The notes beneath the pieces are model-generated. The model ran no database searches and was not told the origin of the DNA. It was given only the letters and a program-made list of their open reading frames with translations. From the IMG/VR virus record IMGVR_UViG_3300028287_000410, positions 1-64,000 of that record: a stretch of DNA of 64,000 nucleotides. One strand, written 5' to 3'. Source of the DNA: a virus. A program made the position numbers and the translations under genes. This document shows, one piece after another, positions 19,201 to 29,259 of the stretch (position 1 is its first letter; the number at the start of each line of letters is the position of its first letter).

Positions 19201-19878
19201 ACTTCCGAAATAAAGGAACGCTTGATTAAAAATAATATCAGGCATTGGGCAGGGGACAATATTAGTCAAGTCCTACAGCCCGGAGACAAAGCCATTCTAA
19301 TAGATGAAGCAACAGATGCATTCGAAAATGTACTTGATGCACTTCTTATTGATCGTGAAAATGATCCTAACTCTCAAGGTACAGCAAAGCGCCTAGCTAA
19401 AATGTATTACAACGAGATTATGGCAGGACGTTATGATGCAGCACCTAGCGCAACAGCGTTTCCTAATGACAATGGGCATACATATAAAGGTATGCTAGTA
19501 GTACGTAGCGAACTTAAATCAATGTGTTCGCATCATCATCAACCTGTTACTGGGATTGCATACATAGGTATCATTCCTGGTGAGAAAGTTATTGGACTTT
19601 CGAAATATACTCGCATTGCACAGTGGTGTGCAAGACGTGGTACATTACAAGAAGAACTGTGCAATGATATCATGCGTGAAATTATCAAAGCGACTGATAG
19701 TGAGCATGTAGGTGTTTATATTCAAGCAACACATGGTTGTTGTGAAAATCGTGGCATTATGGCACACAGTTCACTTACGCAAACAACTGTACTTAATGGT
19801 GGGTTCTTAGATGACCCAAGTGTTAAGAAAGAATTCTTTGACAACATCAAGCTACAACAGGAGTTTGCTCCAAGATGA
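19192..19878 (+). CDS. folE: GTP cyclohydrolase I
   Basis: SMCSHH, VIGLSK, LQEEL and HGCCENRGI motifs. Confidence 0.93.
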   Translation: MTKTSEIKERLIKNNIRHWAGDNISQVLQPGDKAILIDEATDAFENVLDALLIDRENDPNSQGTAKRLAKMYYNEIMAGRYDAAPSATAFPNDNGHTYKGMLVVRSELKSMCSHHHQPVTGIAYIGIIPGEKVIGLSKYTRIAQWCARRGTLQEELCNDIMREIIKATDSEHVGVYIQATHGCCENRGIMAHSSLTQTTVLNGGFLDDPSVKKEFFDNIKLQQEFAPR

Positions 19879-20069
19879 TAGATCCAAAAGTAACAAAGCT
19901 AGTAAAAGAACTTGAACAACAAATTAAGCAAGTTAACGAAACATGGGCAAAATTACAAAAGAATAATGTATTTGTTCGTGCAGAATTTAAAGGTACACAT
20001 TCACATGATGAACCCAAATCAATCGTAGTAACTAAAATTACTCAAAATGTTGAATATCTGAAGGGTTAA
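19875..20069 (+). CDS. Hypothetical protein
   Basis: Overlaps folE stop and fills the gap to queE. Confidence 0.6.
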   Translation: MIDPKVTKLVKELEQQIKQVNETWAKLQKNNVFVRAEFKGTHSHDEPKSIVVTKITQNVEYLKG

Positions 20070-20073
20070 AAAT

Positions 20074-20946
20074 ATGAAACTAAGATATAGCGAAGCGTTC
20101 TATTCTCTTCAAGGTGAAGGTAAGTTTGTAGGAGTACCTAGTGTATTCCTACGCACATTTGGTTGTAATTTACGTTGTCAAAATTTCGGACTAAATAAAG
20201 ATAGAGAGAAATCAAGGTATAATCCTGAGGTTGAACAACTTATTAAGGATGGGGTACATGAGACTACAAAACGATTTGAAGACTTACCTATTATACACAC
20301 AGGATGCGACACATATGCTAGTATCTATCCTGAGTTCAAGCATCTAGTTCACGATTCTACAATCGATGAAGTAGTAGAGCATCTACTTTCTCTCACTCCA
20401 CAGGGTAAATGGACACAAGACGATGGACAAGATGTACATCTTATTTTAACAGGCGGTGAACCGTTGTTAGCGTGGCAACGACTTTACGTAGAACTATTCG
20501 AACATCCACGTATGCAGGACTTAAAGAATGTTACATTTGAAACAAACACTACACAACCTTTACATGAAGAGTTCTTCTATTATATCAATTATAACGAAAG
20601 AATTCGATTCACTTTTAGCTGTTCGCCAAAGCTCTCCGTTTCAGGCGAGTCTGTCGATATTGCTATTAAGCCTGACATTGCTTATCAGTATTCCAGTGTT
20701 ATTGGTAGCGATATCTACTTTAAGTTTGTTGTGGCTGATGAAGATGATGTTAATGAAGTTACTAGGACTGTTCAGCGATACAGGGATGCCGGGGTACAAT
20801 GTCCGGTCTATCTTATGCCAATGGGCGGACGCAGTGAAGAATATTCCCTCAATGTTAAAGACGTGGCGGAAGCCTGCATGGCGAGAGGGTGGCGATTTAC
20901 ACCAAGACTACACATTTCACTCTTCGGAAATGCCTGGGGAACTTAG
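20074..20946 (+). CDS. queE: 7-carboxy-7-deazaguanine synthase (radical SAM)
   Basis: FYSLQGEG, FLRTFGCNLRC...GCDT, LTGGEP, SPKL and RLH motifs. Confidence 0.92.
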   Translation: MKLRYSEAFYSLQGEGKFVGVPSVFLRTFGCNLRCQNFGLNKDREKSRYNPEVEQLIKDGVHETTKRFEDLPIIHTGCDTYASIYPEFKHLVHDSTIDEVVEHLLSLTPQGKWTQDDGQDVHLILTGGEPLLAWQRLYVELFEHPRMQDLKNVTFETNTTQPLHEEFFYYINYNERIRFTFSCSPKLSVSGESVDIAIKPDIAYQYSSVIGSDIYFKFVVADEDDVNEVTRTVQRYRDAGVQCPVYLMPMGGRSEEYSLNVKDVAEACMARGWRFTPRLHISLFGNAWGT

Positions 20947-21012
20947 GCAAAATGAACAACTACGTAGAGCGATGGAAGCTCCAATAGACTATGAAAAACT
21001 AAGGAAACAACT

Positions 21013-22101
21013 ATGAATCAAAACTATATTTTTACGAGCGAAAGTGTTAGCGCAGGACATCCGGATAAGGTTGCAGACCAAATTTCAGATGCTCTAGTTG
21101 ATGCCGGGTTCAAAGCAGGCGATGAAACAACACGTGTTGCTGTTGAAACACTTGTAACTACCAATCATGTAACATTGGCGGGCGAAGTAAAAAACTTTAA
21201 CGTAAGCAGAGATGAAGTTAAAGAAATCGTGCGAAACAAAGTTAAAGAAATTGGTTATGAGCAAGAAGGGTTTCATTGGGATAACTTAAATATCTACAAT
21301 GAGCTACATGAACAAAGCGCAGACATTGCATTGGGAACTGATGATTTTGGTGCAGGCGATCAAGGTATCATGTTTGGATACGCATGTAACGACAACGATG
21401 CATATCTCCCAGCGCCTATATACTATGCACATGAAGTTCTTAAAGAACTTAAAACTCAAAGACAGCATGTATTAGGCCCAGATGCTAAATCACAAGTAAG
21501 TGTACAGTACGATGGCGGACGTGTACAGCGTATCGACCAAGTTGTTATTAGTACACAGCACGGAGAAGGACAAGTAGAGCAAGCAAGAAATATTAGTAAA
21601 CTTGCTGCAATGAATGTATTAGGAGATTTGATTGATGATAAAACTGTATGGCACCTTAATCCTACTGGTAACTTTGTTATTGGTGGGCCCGACGGTGATG
21701 CTGGTGTTACTGGGCGTAAAATTATCGTGGATACTTATGGCGGATTTGCTCCTCATGGCGGAGGTGCTTTTAGTGGCAAAGATCCTACAAAAGTTGATAG
21801 GTCAGCAGCATACATGGCTCGCTGGCTCGCTAAAAATGTGGTAGCAGATGAAATGGCAGACTGGTGTAACATTCAGTTGTCGTATGCTATTGGTGTAAAG
21901 CAACCAACAAGTATCTATGTTGAGTCTAATGGATACAGCAAGAGTATTGAAAAGTTTATTCGTGAGAATATTGATCTAAGCCCAAAAGGAATCATTGATC
22001 GTTTCGATATGTTTAATTTTTATAACTACAGTGAGAACTGTGTATATGGACACTTCGGAGATAAAGATGTTCCGTGGGAAAAGATAGGATGGGATGTATG
22101 A
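21013..22101 (+). CDS. metK: S-adenosylmethionine synthetase
   Basis: FTSESVSAGHPDKVADQISD, GAGDQG and GGGAFSGKDPTKVDRSAAY motifs. Confidence 0.97.
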   Translation: MNQNYIFTSESVSAGHPDKVADQISDALVDAGFKAGDETTRVAVETLVTTNHVTLAGEVKNFNVSRDEVKEIVRNKVKEIGYEQEGFHWDNLNIYNELHEQSADIALGTDDFGAGDQGIMFGYACNDNDAYLPAPIYYAHEVLKELKTQRQHVLGPDAKSQVSVQYDGGRVQRIDQVVISTQHGEGQVEQARNISKLAAMNVLGDLIDDKTVWHLNPTGNFVIGGPDGDAGVTGRKIIVDTYGGFAPHGGGAFSGKDPTKVDRSAAYMARWLAKNVVADEMADWCNIQLSYAIGVKQPTSIYVESNGYSKSIEKFIRENIDLSPKGIIDRFDMFNFYNYSENCVYGHFGDKDVPWEKIGWDV

Positions 22102-22439
22102 GTTTTTATAAAACAAATGAAGAGCAAGAAGTTATTTCAATTGATGAATTCATTGCCGAATGGTATGACCGAGAAGCATACGTCCTTGTTGATATCAGAG
22201 AAGAAACCGAAATAGCAGAACAAGGCAGTATTAAGAATTCATTCAATATTTCAATGTATGATATTCCAGAAAATATCAATATGGCACCTACATACATTAT
22301 ATGCATTCTAGTATGTGATAATGGTGCAAGGGCTGAACAGGTTGTGAAGTATTTAAAGAACAATGACTATAACAACATGTTTGCACTAGAAGGCGGCATA
22401 GGAAAATTATTTGAAGCACTACCGGAAGTGAAGGGATAA
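22098..22439 (+). CDS. Rhodanese-like domain protein
   Basis: LVDIRE, active-loop CDNGARA and LEGG motifs. Confidence 0.75.
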   Translation: MSFYKTNEEQEVISIDEFIAEWYDREAYVLVDIREETEIAEQGSIKNSFNISMYDIPENINMAPTYIICILVCDNGARAEQVVKYLKNNDYNNMFALEGGIGKLFEALPEVKG

Positions 22440-22440
22440 T

Positions 22441-22908
22441 ATGATTAATTTACTAAAACCAAAGACTTGGTTTATGACTGATGAAGAAATCAAGCGAAGT
22501 GAAGCAAGACAAATCGAAAACGAAAAAGTCATGGAAGAACGTATATCTGAGATTGATTTAGAATTTGGTCGTATCACCCAAGATGAACACGCTAAAAAAG
22601 TAGCAACCTTAAATGGCGATCCGTATGTGAAAGTTCTTAATATTGATTTAGATGAAAATGCACCTGGTGCTGGATTCTTTGAACTAGATTTCAATGAACA
22701 TTTCGTAGAGTATCTAGCTAATAGTGGGTACGAAGGCGTAGAGCCAGATGAAATCGTAGATAACTGGTTCAACGACTTGTGCAAGAATATTGTACTAAAT
22801 GACTTAGAAGATGAAACGGGTGATCCACGTAGCTTCGATGTAGCGAGTAAAGAAGGCTTAATCATTAATCGTTTAAAAACTGATGATGGAACCGCAGAAT
22901 ACTCTTGA
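22441..22908 (+). CDS. Hypothetical acidic protein
   Basis: ORF in the operon. Confidence 0.7.
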   Translation: MINLLKPKTWFMTDEEIKRSEARQIENEKVMEERISEIDLEFGRITQDEHAKKVATLNGDPYVKVLNIDLDENAPGAGFFELDFNEHFVEYLANSGYEGVEPDEIVDNWFNDLCKNIVLNDLEDETGDPRSFDVASKEGLIINRLKTDDGTAEYS

Positions 22909-22933
22909 CACCAATTCAATAAACGTGTAAGAT
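22905..22933 (+). promoter_or_regulatory. sigma70-type promoter
   Basis: TTGACA-17 nt-TAAGAT. Confidence 0.6.
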
Positions 22934-22961
22934 AGAATCAAATTACAATAGAGGATTATTA

Positions 22962-23963
22962 ATGGCTACTTTTATTCTTGTTGACAGTCTCAACATGTTT
23001 CACCGAGCAAAGCACGTAGGACATCGTGGTGCTGATATCGATACTAAGATCGGTATGGCGTTCCACATTATGATGTCTAGCGTTAAGATGTGCTACAATA
23101 TGTTTGATGCTGATCACGCTGTATTCTGTTTAGAAGGTCGCTCATGGCGCAAAGACTTCTATACTCCATATAAAGCACAACGTCGAGCCGCACAAGCTGC
23201 TAAATCTGTGCGTGAACAAGAAGAAGATGGCATCATGTTCGGTGCGTATGACAGTCTCGTAGAGTTTGTCGAAACACGTACTAACTGCACAGTACTTCAG
23301 AATAAAGAAGCAGAGGCAGATGATATGATTGCTCTATTCATTGCATCACATCCCAATGATCATCACATTATCGTATCAAGTGATGGTGATTATCAGCAGT
23401 TGATTTGTGACAATGTAACACTATACGATGGTGTTCAAAATCGTATCATCACACCTGATGGTTACTTTAAAGATGATAAGAGGCGCACTCCGATCAAAGA
23501 CAAAAAGACTAAAGAAGTTCTCCCTCCCCCTGACCCTGAGTGGTTGTTGTTTGAGAAATGTATCCGTGGTGATACATCAGATAATATCTTTTCAGCATAT
23601 CCAGGTTGTCGCACGAAAGGGACTAAGAATAAAGTCGGTATGATTGAAGCATTTGAAGATCGTAATAGTGGTGGCTTTAGTTGGAATAACTTTATGCTAC
23701 AGCGTTGGACAGATCACAACGGTGAAGAGCATACAGTACGTGATGATTATGAACGCAATAAGAAACTAATCGATCTTAATGAACAACCACATGATCTTAA
23801 AGTTAAGTTCCTTGAGACTATTGCAGAACGTAGTGTTCCTAAGAACAAAGCGGGTGTTGGTATTCACTTCCTTAAATGGTGTGGGCTATGGGACTTACAG
23901 AACTTAGCTAAAGCTCCTGATGAAATGGCAGCTATTCTTAACAAAGGCTATCCACATGCTTAG
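22962..23963 (+). CDS. 5'-3' exonuclease/flap nuclease (T4 RNase H-like)
   Basis: ILVDS, WRKDFY..YK, EADDMIA, VSSDGDYQQL and GDTSDNI motifs. Confidence 0.9.
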   Translation: MATFILVDSLNMFHRAKHVGHRGADIDTKIGMAFHIMMSSVKMCYNMFDADHAVFCLEGRSWRKDFYTPYKAQRRAAQAAKSVREQEEDGIMFGAYDSLVEFVETRTNCTVLQNKEAEADDMIALFIASHPNDHHIIVSSDGDYQQLICDNVTLYDGVQNRIITPDGYFKDDKRRTPIKDKKTKEVLPPPDPEWLLFEKCIRGDTSDNIFSAYPGCRTKGTKNKVGMIEAFEDRNSGGFSWNNFMLQRWTDHNGEEHTVRDDYERNKKLIDLNEQPHDLKVKFLETIAERSVPKNKAGVGIHFLKWCGLWDLQNLAKAPDEMAAILNKGYPHA

Positions 23964-24663
23964 ATACATCTTTGATGTAGATGGTACAATAACTCCAAGT
24001 AGATGTGCTATTGATCCAAAGTTTTTACGATTTATGCTGAAATTCTGCAAAGAGAATTATGTATACTTTGCTACGGGCAGTGACGCACCGAAGACTATCG
24101 AACAAGTTGGTGATATGTTATTCAACAGTGTAACACGTTCTTATAACTGTAATGGTAACTCTGTATGGGAAAAGGGTATTAATATCCGTAATAATCCATG
24201 GAAACTTCCTGACCTTGCAAGAACTTTTTTAATTAGTTGCAAATACGAAAGTGATTTTAGCATACGCACAGGCAATCATATCGAAGAACGACCTGGCATG
24301 GTAAACTTTAGTGTTGTAGGCCGTAATGCTACTCTAGAACAACGTACTGCATATGTAGACTTCGAAGCGTGGAATGGAGAACGTAGAAAAATTGCAGATG
24401 CTTTTAATACAATGTTTCCAGACTTGCAAGCAACAATAGGCGGTGATACTGGTATTGACATTGCTCCCACTGGATCAGATAAAAGCCAAATACTTAAAGA
24501 TTTTACAAAGTCTGATACAATTATATTCTTCGGTGATGCTATCTTTGATGGTGGTAATGATTATACAATCGCGCAAGCAATTAAGAAAAAAGGTGTAGGT
24601 AGAGCCCATAAAGTATCTGATTGGGAAGAAACTTACAAAATATTGACCGATGTATACAGTTGA
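23956..24663 (+). CDS. HAD-IIB phosphomannomutase (eukaryotic PMM-like)
   Basis: FDVDGT, TGSD, IEERPGMVNFSVVGRNA and FFGD...GGND motifs. Confidence 0.85.
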   Translation: MLRYIFDVDGTITPSRCAIDPKFLRFMLKFCKENYVYFATGSDAPKTIEQVGDMLFNSVTRSYNCNGNSVWEKGINIRNNPWKLPDLARTFLISCKYESDFSIRTGNHIEERPGMVNFSVVGRNATLEQRTAYVDFEAWNGERRKIADAFNTMFPDLQATIGGDTGIDIAPTGSDKSQILKDFTKSDTIIFFGDAIFDGGNDYTIAQAIKKKGVGRAHKVSDWEETYKILTDVYS

Positions 24664-25147
24664 AATTATAAAAGATAGATTTTGGATTGTAGAAGACGCA
24701 GGAATAAAACTGGGTCTTATCCGTAAGACCCAGTCTTCTGACTTTGAAGTTATCATGCAGGATGCTCTAGCTCTAGCTATAGAAACTCTACCATTCGATG
24801 CTCTTACTTCAAAGTACGGAAGTAAAATTCTTGAATCTAAGCAAGTAAAGAAAATAGAAAGTGTAGAGTACGGAAAAGACTTAGATGATGTAGATGGAGT
24901 TCCTACTAAGCATAAAGCGTTCAATAAACAATCTGTAGTTATAGCAGAAAAAGATATCCCAACATATACCAAAACTGAAAAGTCACAAGTTGTATACGCT
25001 GCAGGATATTATGGATTGAAATTTCCAGAAGCTGGATGGAAGAATGCGTATTGCGTTAAGCTAGAAACACTATATAATTACGTATTCATTGGACCATTCA
25101 ATTCTAAAACACAGTTAGAAGCAGAAATACATCGTGCAAACATTTAA
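24650..25147 (+). CDS. Hypothetical protein
   Basis: Overlapping ORF in the operon. Confidence 0.7.
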   Translation: MYTVEIIKDRFWIVEDAGIKLGLIRKTQSSDFEVIMQDALALAIETLPFDALTSKYGSKILESKQVKKIESVEYGKDLDDVDGVPTKHKAFNKQSVVIAEKDIPTYTKTEKSQVVYAAGYYGLKFPEAGWKNAYCVKLETLYNYVFIGPFNSKTQLEAEIHRANI

Positions 25148-25325
25148 GAATATAAAGAACTTTTTAGCAATTGTCAACCGTGCTTCAATCAAAGAAGAAA
25201 AGCACATTCGCATGACAACTGCTGACGCAACTAAACTACATACAGAGATTAGTTTATTGTTGCTAGAACTAAAAGAAAGTGAGCGGCCGGCTCGTATAAC
25301 AACATTAGACGGAGGTAATTTCTAA
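25134..25325 (+). CDS. Hypothetical protein
   Basis: Overlapping ORF in the operon. Confidence 0.55.
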   Translation: MQTFKNIKNFLAIVNRASIKEEKHIRMTTADATKLHTEISLLLLELKESERPARITTLDGGNF

Positions 25326-25645
25326 TGCCAGATTTTAACGCAGTAATGATTATTGGGCACTTTGTAGTAAGTGTATTCAATATTCCACTAGGACAACCAT
25401 TGTATCAGTTCGTACCATTTCCAAATATGGAAATCTGTCAGGAACACGTACAATATCAAGTTACACCACAAACAGGACATCAAATGAGTCTTGAATATAA
25501 AATGTACAAAAATGCACAGTGTGTAACACGCGAAGAGTTTGAAGCGCAGATGAATGCTCAGAGACAACAGCAAGCTCCTGTTGCTCCACAAGATACGTTG
25601 CCTGATACAACTCCAATCATTCCAAAAGGCTGGGAGCAAAAGTAA
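25325..25645 (+). CDS. Hypothetical protein with hydrophobic N-terminus and two Cys
   Basis: GGAGG SD. Confidence 0.6.
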   Translation: MPDFNAVMIIGHFVVSVFNIPLGQPLYQFVPFPNMEICQEHVQYQVTPQTGHQMSLEYKMYKNAQCVTREEFEAQMNAQRQQQAPVAPQDTLPDTTPIIPKGWEQK

Positions 25646-25689
25646 AAGATAAATACTAGGTAATAATAAATTATTTAGGAAACTAGTAC

Positions 25690-26553
25690 ATGTCATTTTT
25701 AAAAAAAGTAGTGAACTTTATCACAGACGCAATTAAATCAACATGGATTTATACAAAACTAGAATACATCATCAAACGGCCACTCTTATTAATTCTAGTA
25801 TTACTAGTCTTAGGACTTTCTTATAATCAGGGAAATATGTATTATGAACAATATGCAGCAGAATACAAGCGTTTAAATTCTGAAAAGAAAAAAGATGCAG
25901 ATGATACGTCTGATAATCTAGTATTCAAAAAAGTAGACGACTTTTTATATACATTGACAGGTTCAGTTGGAGAAGGCGACTGTGATAGAATTTCACCGTT
26001 GATGCCTTCAGATTTTACTCTTATTTTAGAAAGCCCAGGCGGCAATCTAGCAGAAGGATCATGTCTTGCGGCTCACATTAAATTAAGAAATGTTGTTACT
26101 GTTGTTCGTAATACTCCAGTAATGAACGCAGAAGGCAAAATAATCTATGCGCCAGGCGAAGTAAGCGCAGAGTTAGGAATTGATCATCTAAAGGACAAAG
26201 TAGTATGTGCATCAGCATGTGGTTTACTATTCTTAGGTGGCGAAAGACGATATCTTATTGGAGATGTTTGGTTCGGTATTCACGGTCCAGGTACTCCAGC
26301 AGAATTTATCGGCAAAATGAATCCAATGCAAGCGGAATCCGGTGCATACCGCACTGCTTCTAACTTGTTAGGATTACTAGAGCAACTGGGCGTTGAAGAT
26401 CCAGAAGTTCGTAAACTATTTGTTCAGATACCAAATCAAACAATGTATTGGTTAAAGCCAAGAGACTTTGAGATTAAACCAAATCTTATTAAACTAGCTA
26501 CTAACTATGTAGATTTTTGGGATCTAACAACAGCGACATTGGATCCAATCTAA
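25690..26553 (+). CDS. Membrane-anchored ClpP/crotonase-fold protein
   Basis: N-terminal TM helix; LESPGGNL, CASACGLLFLGG and GIHGP motifs; GATAAATA at 25648-25655. Confidence 0.7.
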   Translation: MSFLKKVVNFITDAIKSTWIYTKLEYIIKRPLLLILVLLVLGLSYNQGNMYYEQYAAEYKRLNSEKKKDADDTSDNLVFKKVDDFLYTLTGSVGEGDCDRISPLMPSDFTLILESPGGNLAEGSCLAAHIKLRNVVTVVRNTPVMNAEGKIIYAPGEVSAELGIDHLKDKVVCASACGLLFLGGERRYLIGDVWFGIHGPGTPAEFIGKMNPMQAESGAYRTASNLLGLLEQLGVEDPEVRKLFVQIPNQTMYWLKPRDFEIKPNLIKLATNYVDFWDLTTATLDPI

Positions 26554-26577
26554 GTCGCTCTAACGGAGGACTAAAAT

Positions 26578-27618
26578 ATGCTAAAGAGTTTCTTTGCAAC
26601 GTCCGACCGCGCTTTATATGCTTGGCTAATGCTTGCTTGGCTACTATTCATCGGTTGGTATAACGTACAAATTCTCGTATACTACAACGCATGGAACCGA
26701 GAGTTCTATGACGCAATCCAAACACTACAAGAAGAAAGATTTTGGCAACTGTTCTGGAGTTTTGATCTAGCACGGTTCATTGATTTTTTAACTTTTAATA
26801 TGGATGAAACAACAACAGTTCCAAGTTTCTTAGAAATCTTACTTATCTATGTGCCAATGGCAACGTATGCAACATGGCAAACACAGCGTTACACATTTGC
26901 TTGGCGTGAAGCCAATACATTCCACTATCTACGCAGATGGGAAACATCGACTGCAAAGATTGAAGGTGGTTCACAGCGTATCCAAGAAGACTTAATGATT
27001 TTCGGTAAGACACTGCAATCTCTATTCACTGGCTTTGTAAACAAGATTTTCATTCTTGCTGCATTTATCCCAGTATTATGGACACTAAGTGAAGGTCTAC
27101 CTATCTGGAACGGTCAAATCATTCCTGGCTTCCTAGTATGGGCTGCACTAACTATGAGTATCGGTGGCACACTATTGTCATTTTTACTAGGTATTAAACT
27201 ACCAGGTCTAGAATACAGAAATCAAGTTGTTGAAGCTAAGTTTCGTAAGAAGCTAGTATATTCAGAAGATGATTTCAGTGAGCGTCTAACCGCAGACCTG
27301 TTCCCAATGTTTGCAGCAGTTAAGCGCAACTACTATCGTCTATTCAACTACTACATGGGCTTTGGTGTATGGCAAACAGGCTTCTCACTACTAGCAGGTA
27401 ACGTTGCTATCATCGTACTAGCACCAAGTTACTTCGCACAGTTGATTACATTCGGTGTTCTTATTCAGGTGCTTAATGCATTTGGTCGAGTAGAGGGTGC
27501 TTTGACATTCTTTATCGATAGATGGACAACGATTGTTGACTTCCAGTCAGTTATCAAACGTTTGAATGAATTCAATCGTGTACTTGATGATGCTGAAAAA
27601 GAAGCAGAAGCAGCGTAA
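26578..27618 (+). CDS. SbmA/BacA-like (ABC transmembrane-type) peptide transporter
   Basis: Multiple TM helices; NAWNREFYDAIQ, WREA, IEGGSQRIQED, NQVVEAKFRKKLVYSED and QVLNAFGRV motifs; no ATPase domain. Confidence 0.85.
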   Translation: MLKSFFATSDRALYAWLMLAWLLFIGWYNVQILVYYNAWNREFYDAIQTLQEERFWQLFWSFDLARFIDFLTFNMDETTTVPSFLEILLIYVPMATYATWQTQRYTFAWREANTFHYLRRWETSTAKIEGGSQRIQEDLMIFGKTLQSLFTGFVNKIFILAAFIPVLWTLSEGLPIWNGQIIPGFLVWAALTMSIGGTLLSFLLGIKLPGLEYRNQVVEAKFRKKLVYSEDDFSERLTADLFPMFAAVKRNYYRLFNYYMGFGVWQTGFSLLAGNVAIIVLAPSYFAQLITFGVLIQVLNAFGRVEGALTFFIDRWTTIVDFQSVIKRLNEFNRVLDDAEKEAEAA

Positions 27619-27621
27619 AAT

Positions 27622-27651
27622 ATATTGGACGGCTACTTAGTCGTCCAATAT
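27622..27651. terminator. Hairpin between convergent genes
   Basis: atattggacggcta-ct-tagtcgtccaatat, 14-bp stem with one G-T pair. Confidence 0.6.
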
Positions 27652-28853
27652 TCTTCCCACTCTGGGAAGTAATCAAATACACGCTTTCCAAAGATTTCAT
27701 CTAATCTATCAGTGTATCTACAAAAATTATCCCATTCATCTTGATTTCGTTCTTTCGCAGATAGCATCGCTACTGTGAAATCTCCTACCTCATGAGCTGC
27801 ATGTAGTTCATCATCTGGTAGTGTTGCTACAAAATCATTCCATTCTTGCAAATATCTGTCTTTTAATTCTTGTGGTAAGTTAATTGGGTTTAACATATCA
27901 GGTCGTAATACTTCACACATACTGTATTTGTTAGGGGTCGAGAACGTCTTGAAGTCATTGTATATTTCAATTAGACGTGCGCTTTGCATATTAGATACTG
28001 TAATTACAGGGTTAATAGATGCTTGCGGTAGTCCTTCTCTAAGAGATAGAATGTTCTTAATAACTCTATCCCAATCACCGCCTTCTCTAAAGTAATTATA
28101 AAAAGATGCAGAACCATCAATACTGAACTTTAGACTAATACTATTGTATGGTTTCAGAATATCAATAACATCATACCCTTTCCACTTGCCTGCAATAGAA
28201 CCGTTACTAGTTGTAATAAGATTAATCTTATGTGCATGAGGTGCAAACTTAATTAAACATTCATAAAATTCACGTTGAAAGAAAGGTTCACCACCGGTGA
28301 TTTCTAGTTCTAAGAATTCTCCATCATCTAATTTTTCAATATATGGGATCATTGTATCTAAATCTAAGAACTGTGCATAACTCGTATCATGCTCTAAATG
28401 ATTTATATCAAATGTTTTTAAATCAGGATTATTACGTACAGTCTTTGTCCACAATGTACTGTATTCTGCACTACAATGTCTACATGCATAATTGCATACA
28501 TTACTAAATCTAAACTCTACACGATGTAGCTTGTTCATCTTACCAGTAACTGAATCAACATTATCTATATACCAAGTATCTGGTTTATCGCTTAACTTAA
28601 TACGATTACGATAACTAGTTGCGCCTTTGTCCTCCATGTGCTTACAGTCATTGCATTGTGGTAATGGCCACTCACCATTACGCAACATTAATCGTTGTCT
28701 GTTAAGTTCTGGATCATTCATTACATCTTCAAACGTTTTATGTTTCTCATACGTGCCTTCAACAGCACGATAGCACATGTCAGTTCTGTTATGTTTAAAA
28801 TTTAACCCTGCCATACCCATATGACATGACAATGGTTCTTTTTTCTGCGACAT
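27633..28853 (-). CDS. Radical SAM protein with N-terminal Cys-rich region
   Basis: CNYACRHC, TGGEPF and SIDG motifs. Confidence 0.88.
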   Translation of the reverse strand: MSQKKEPLSCHMGMAGLNFKHNRTDMCYRAVEGTYEKHKTFEDVMNDPELNRQRLMLRNGEWPLPQCNDCKHMEDKGATSYRNRIKLSDKPDTWYIDNVDSVTGKMNKLHRVEFRFSNVCNYACRHCSAEYSTLWTKTVRNNPDLKTFDINHLEHDTSYAQFLDLDTMIPYIEKLDDGEFLELEITGGEPFFQREFYECLIKFAPHAHKINLITTSNGSIAGKWKGYDVIDILKPYNSISLKFSIDGSASFYNYFREGGDWDRVIKNILSLREGLPQASINPVITVSNMQSARLIEIYNDFKTFSTPNKYSMCEVLRPDMLNPINLPQELKDRYLQEWNDFVATLPDDELHAAHEVGDFTVAMLSAKERNQDEWDNFCRYTDRLDEIFGKRVFDYFPEWEEYWTTK

Positions 28854-28881
28854 TAATACACCTCATTTATGTTCTTATATG

Positions 28882-28889
28882 TATTTATA
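28882..28889 (-). promoter_or_regulatory. T4-type late promoter TATAAATA
   Basis: Exact match on the minus strand about 30 nt upstream of 28853; divergent GATAAATA at 28913-28920 on the plus strand. Confidence 0.6.
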
Positions 28890-28968
28890 TACGTAGATAA
28901 TCAGAGATATTAGATAAATATACGTAACGATATACAACATATGTTTATTTTGAGGAAGACACATAAGA

Positions 28969-29256
28969 ATGGCAAGACCAAAACCTACTATTATCTTAGA
29001 ACATACTGACAACAAGACATACCGTAGTGAGCAAGTACTCAAAGCGGATGCTGTCTATGCAGTATTCTACAAGGGAGAAGCTATCAACTTGCGTTCCCTT
29101 AATTCATTAGTTAACTTCCCAGGACCGAAGTATAAGAAATGCTCCTTCTCTAATCCAGGGCATGCAATCAATTTGGCTGAACGTTTGAACGACCTATTCA
29201 AATGTGATGATTTCGAAGTTTTTATTTTAACCAAGGGTAATAAACTAGAACCCTAA
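28969..29256 (+). CDS. Hypothetical protein
   Basis: GAGG SD; late-type motif upstream. Confidence 0.7.
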   Translation: MARPKPTIILEHTDNKTYRSEQVLKADAVYAVFYKGEAINLRSLNSLVNFPGPKYKKCSFSNPGHAINLAERLNDLFKCDDFEVFILTKGNKLEP

Positions 29257-29259
29257 CTT

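Noticed and set aside
20528-21016. 162-aa ORF overlapping queE
   Set aside because: Alternative frame of queE; only the last 28 codons (20930-21016) could be a real mini-gene
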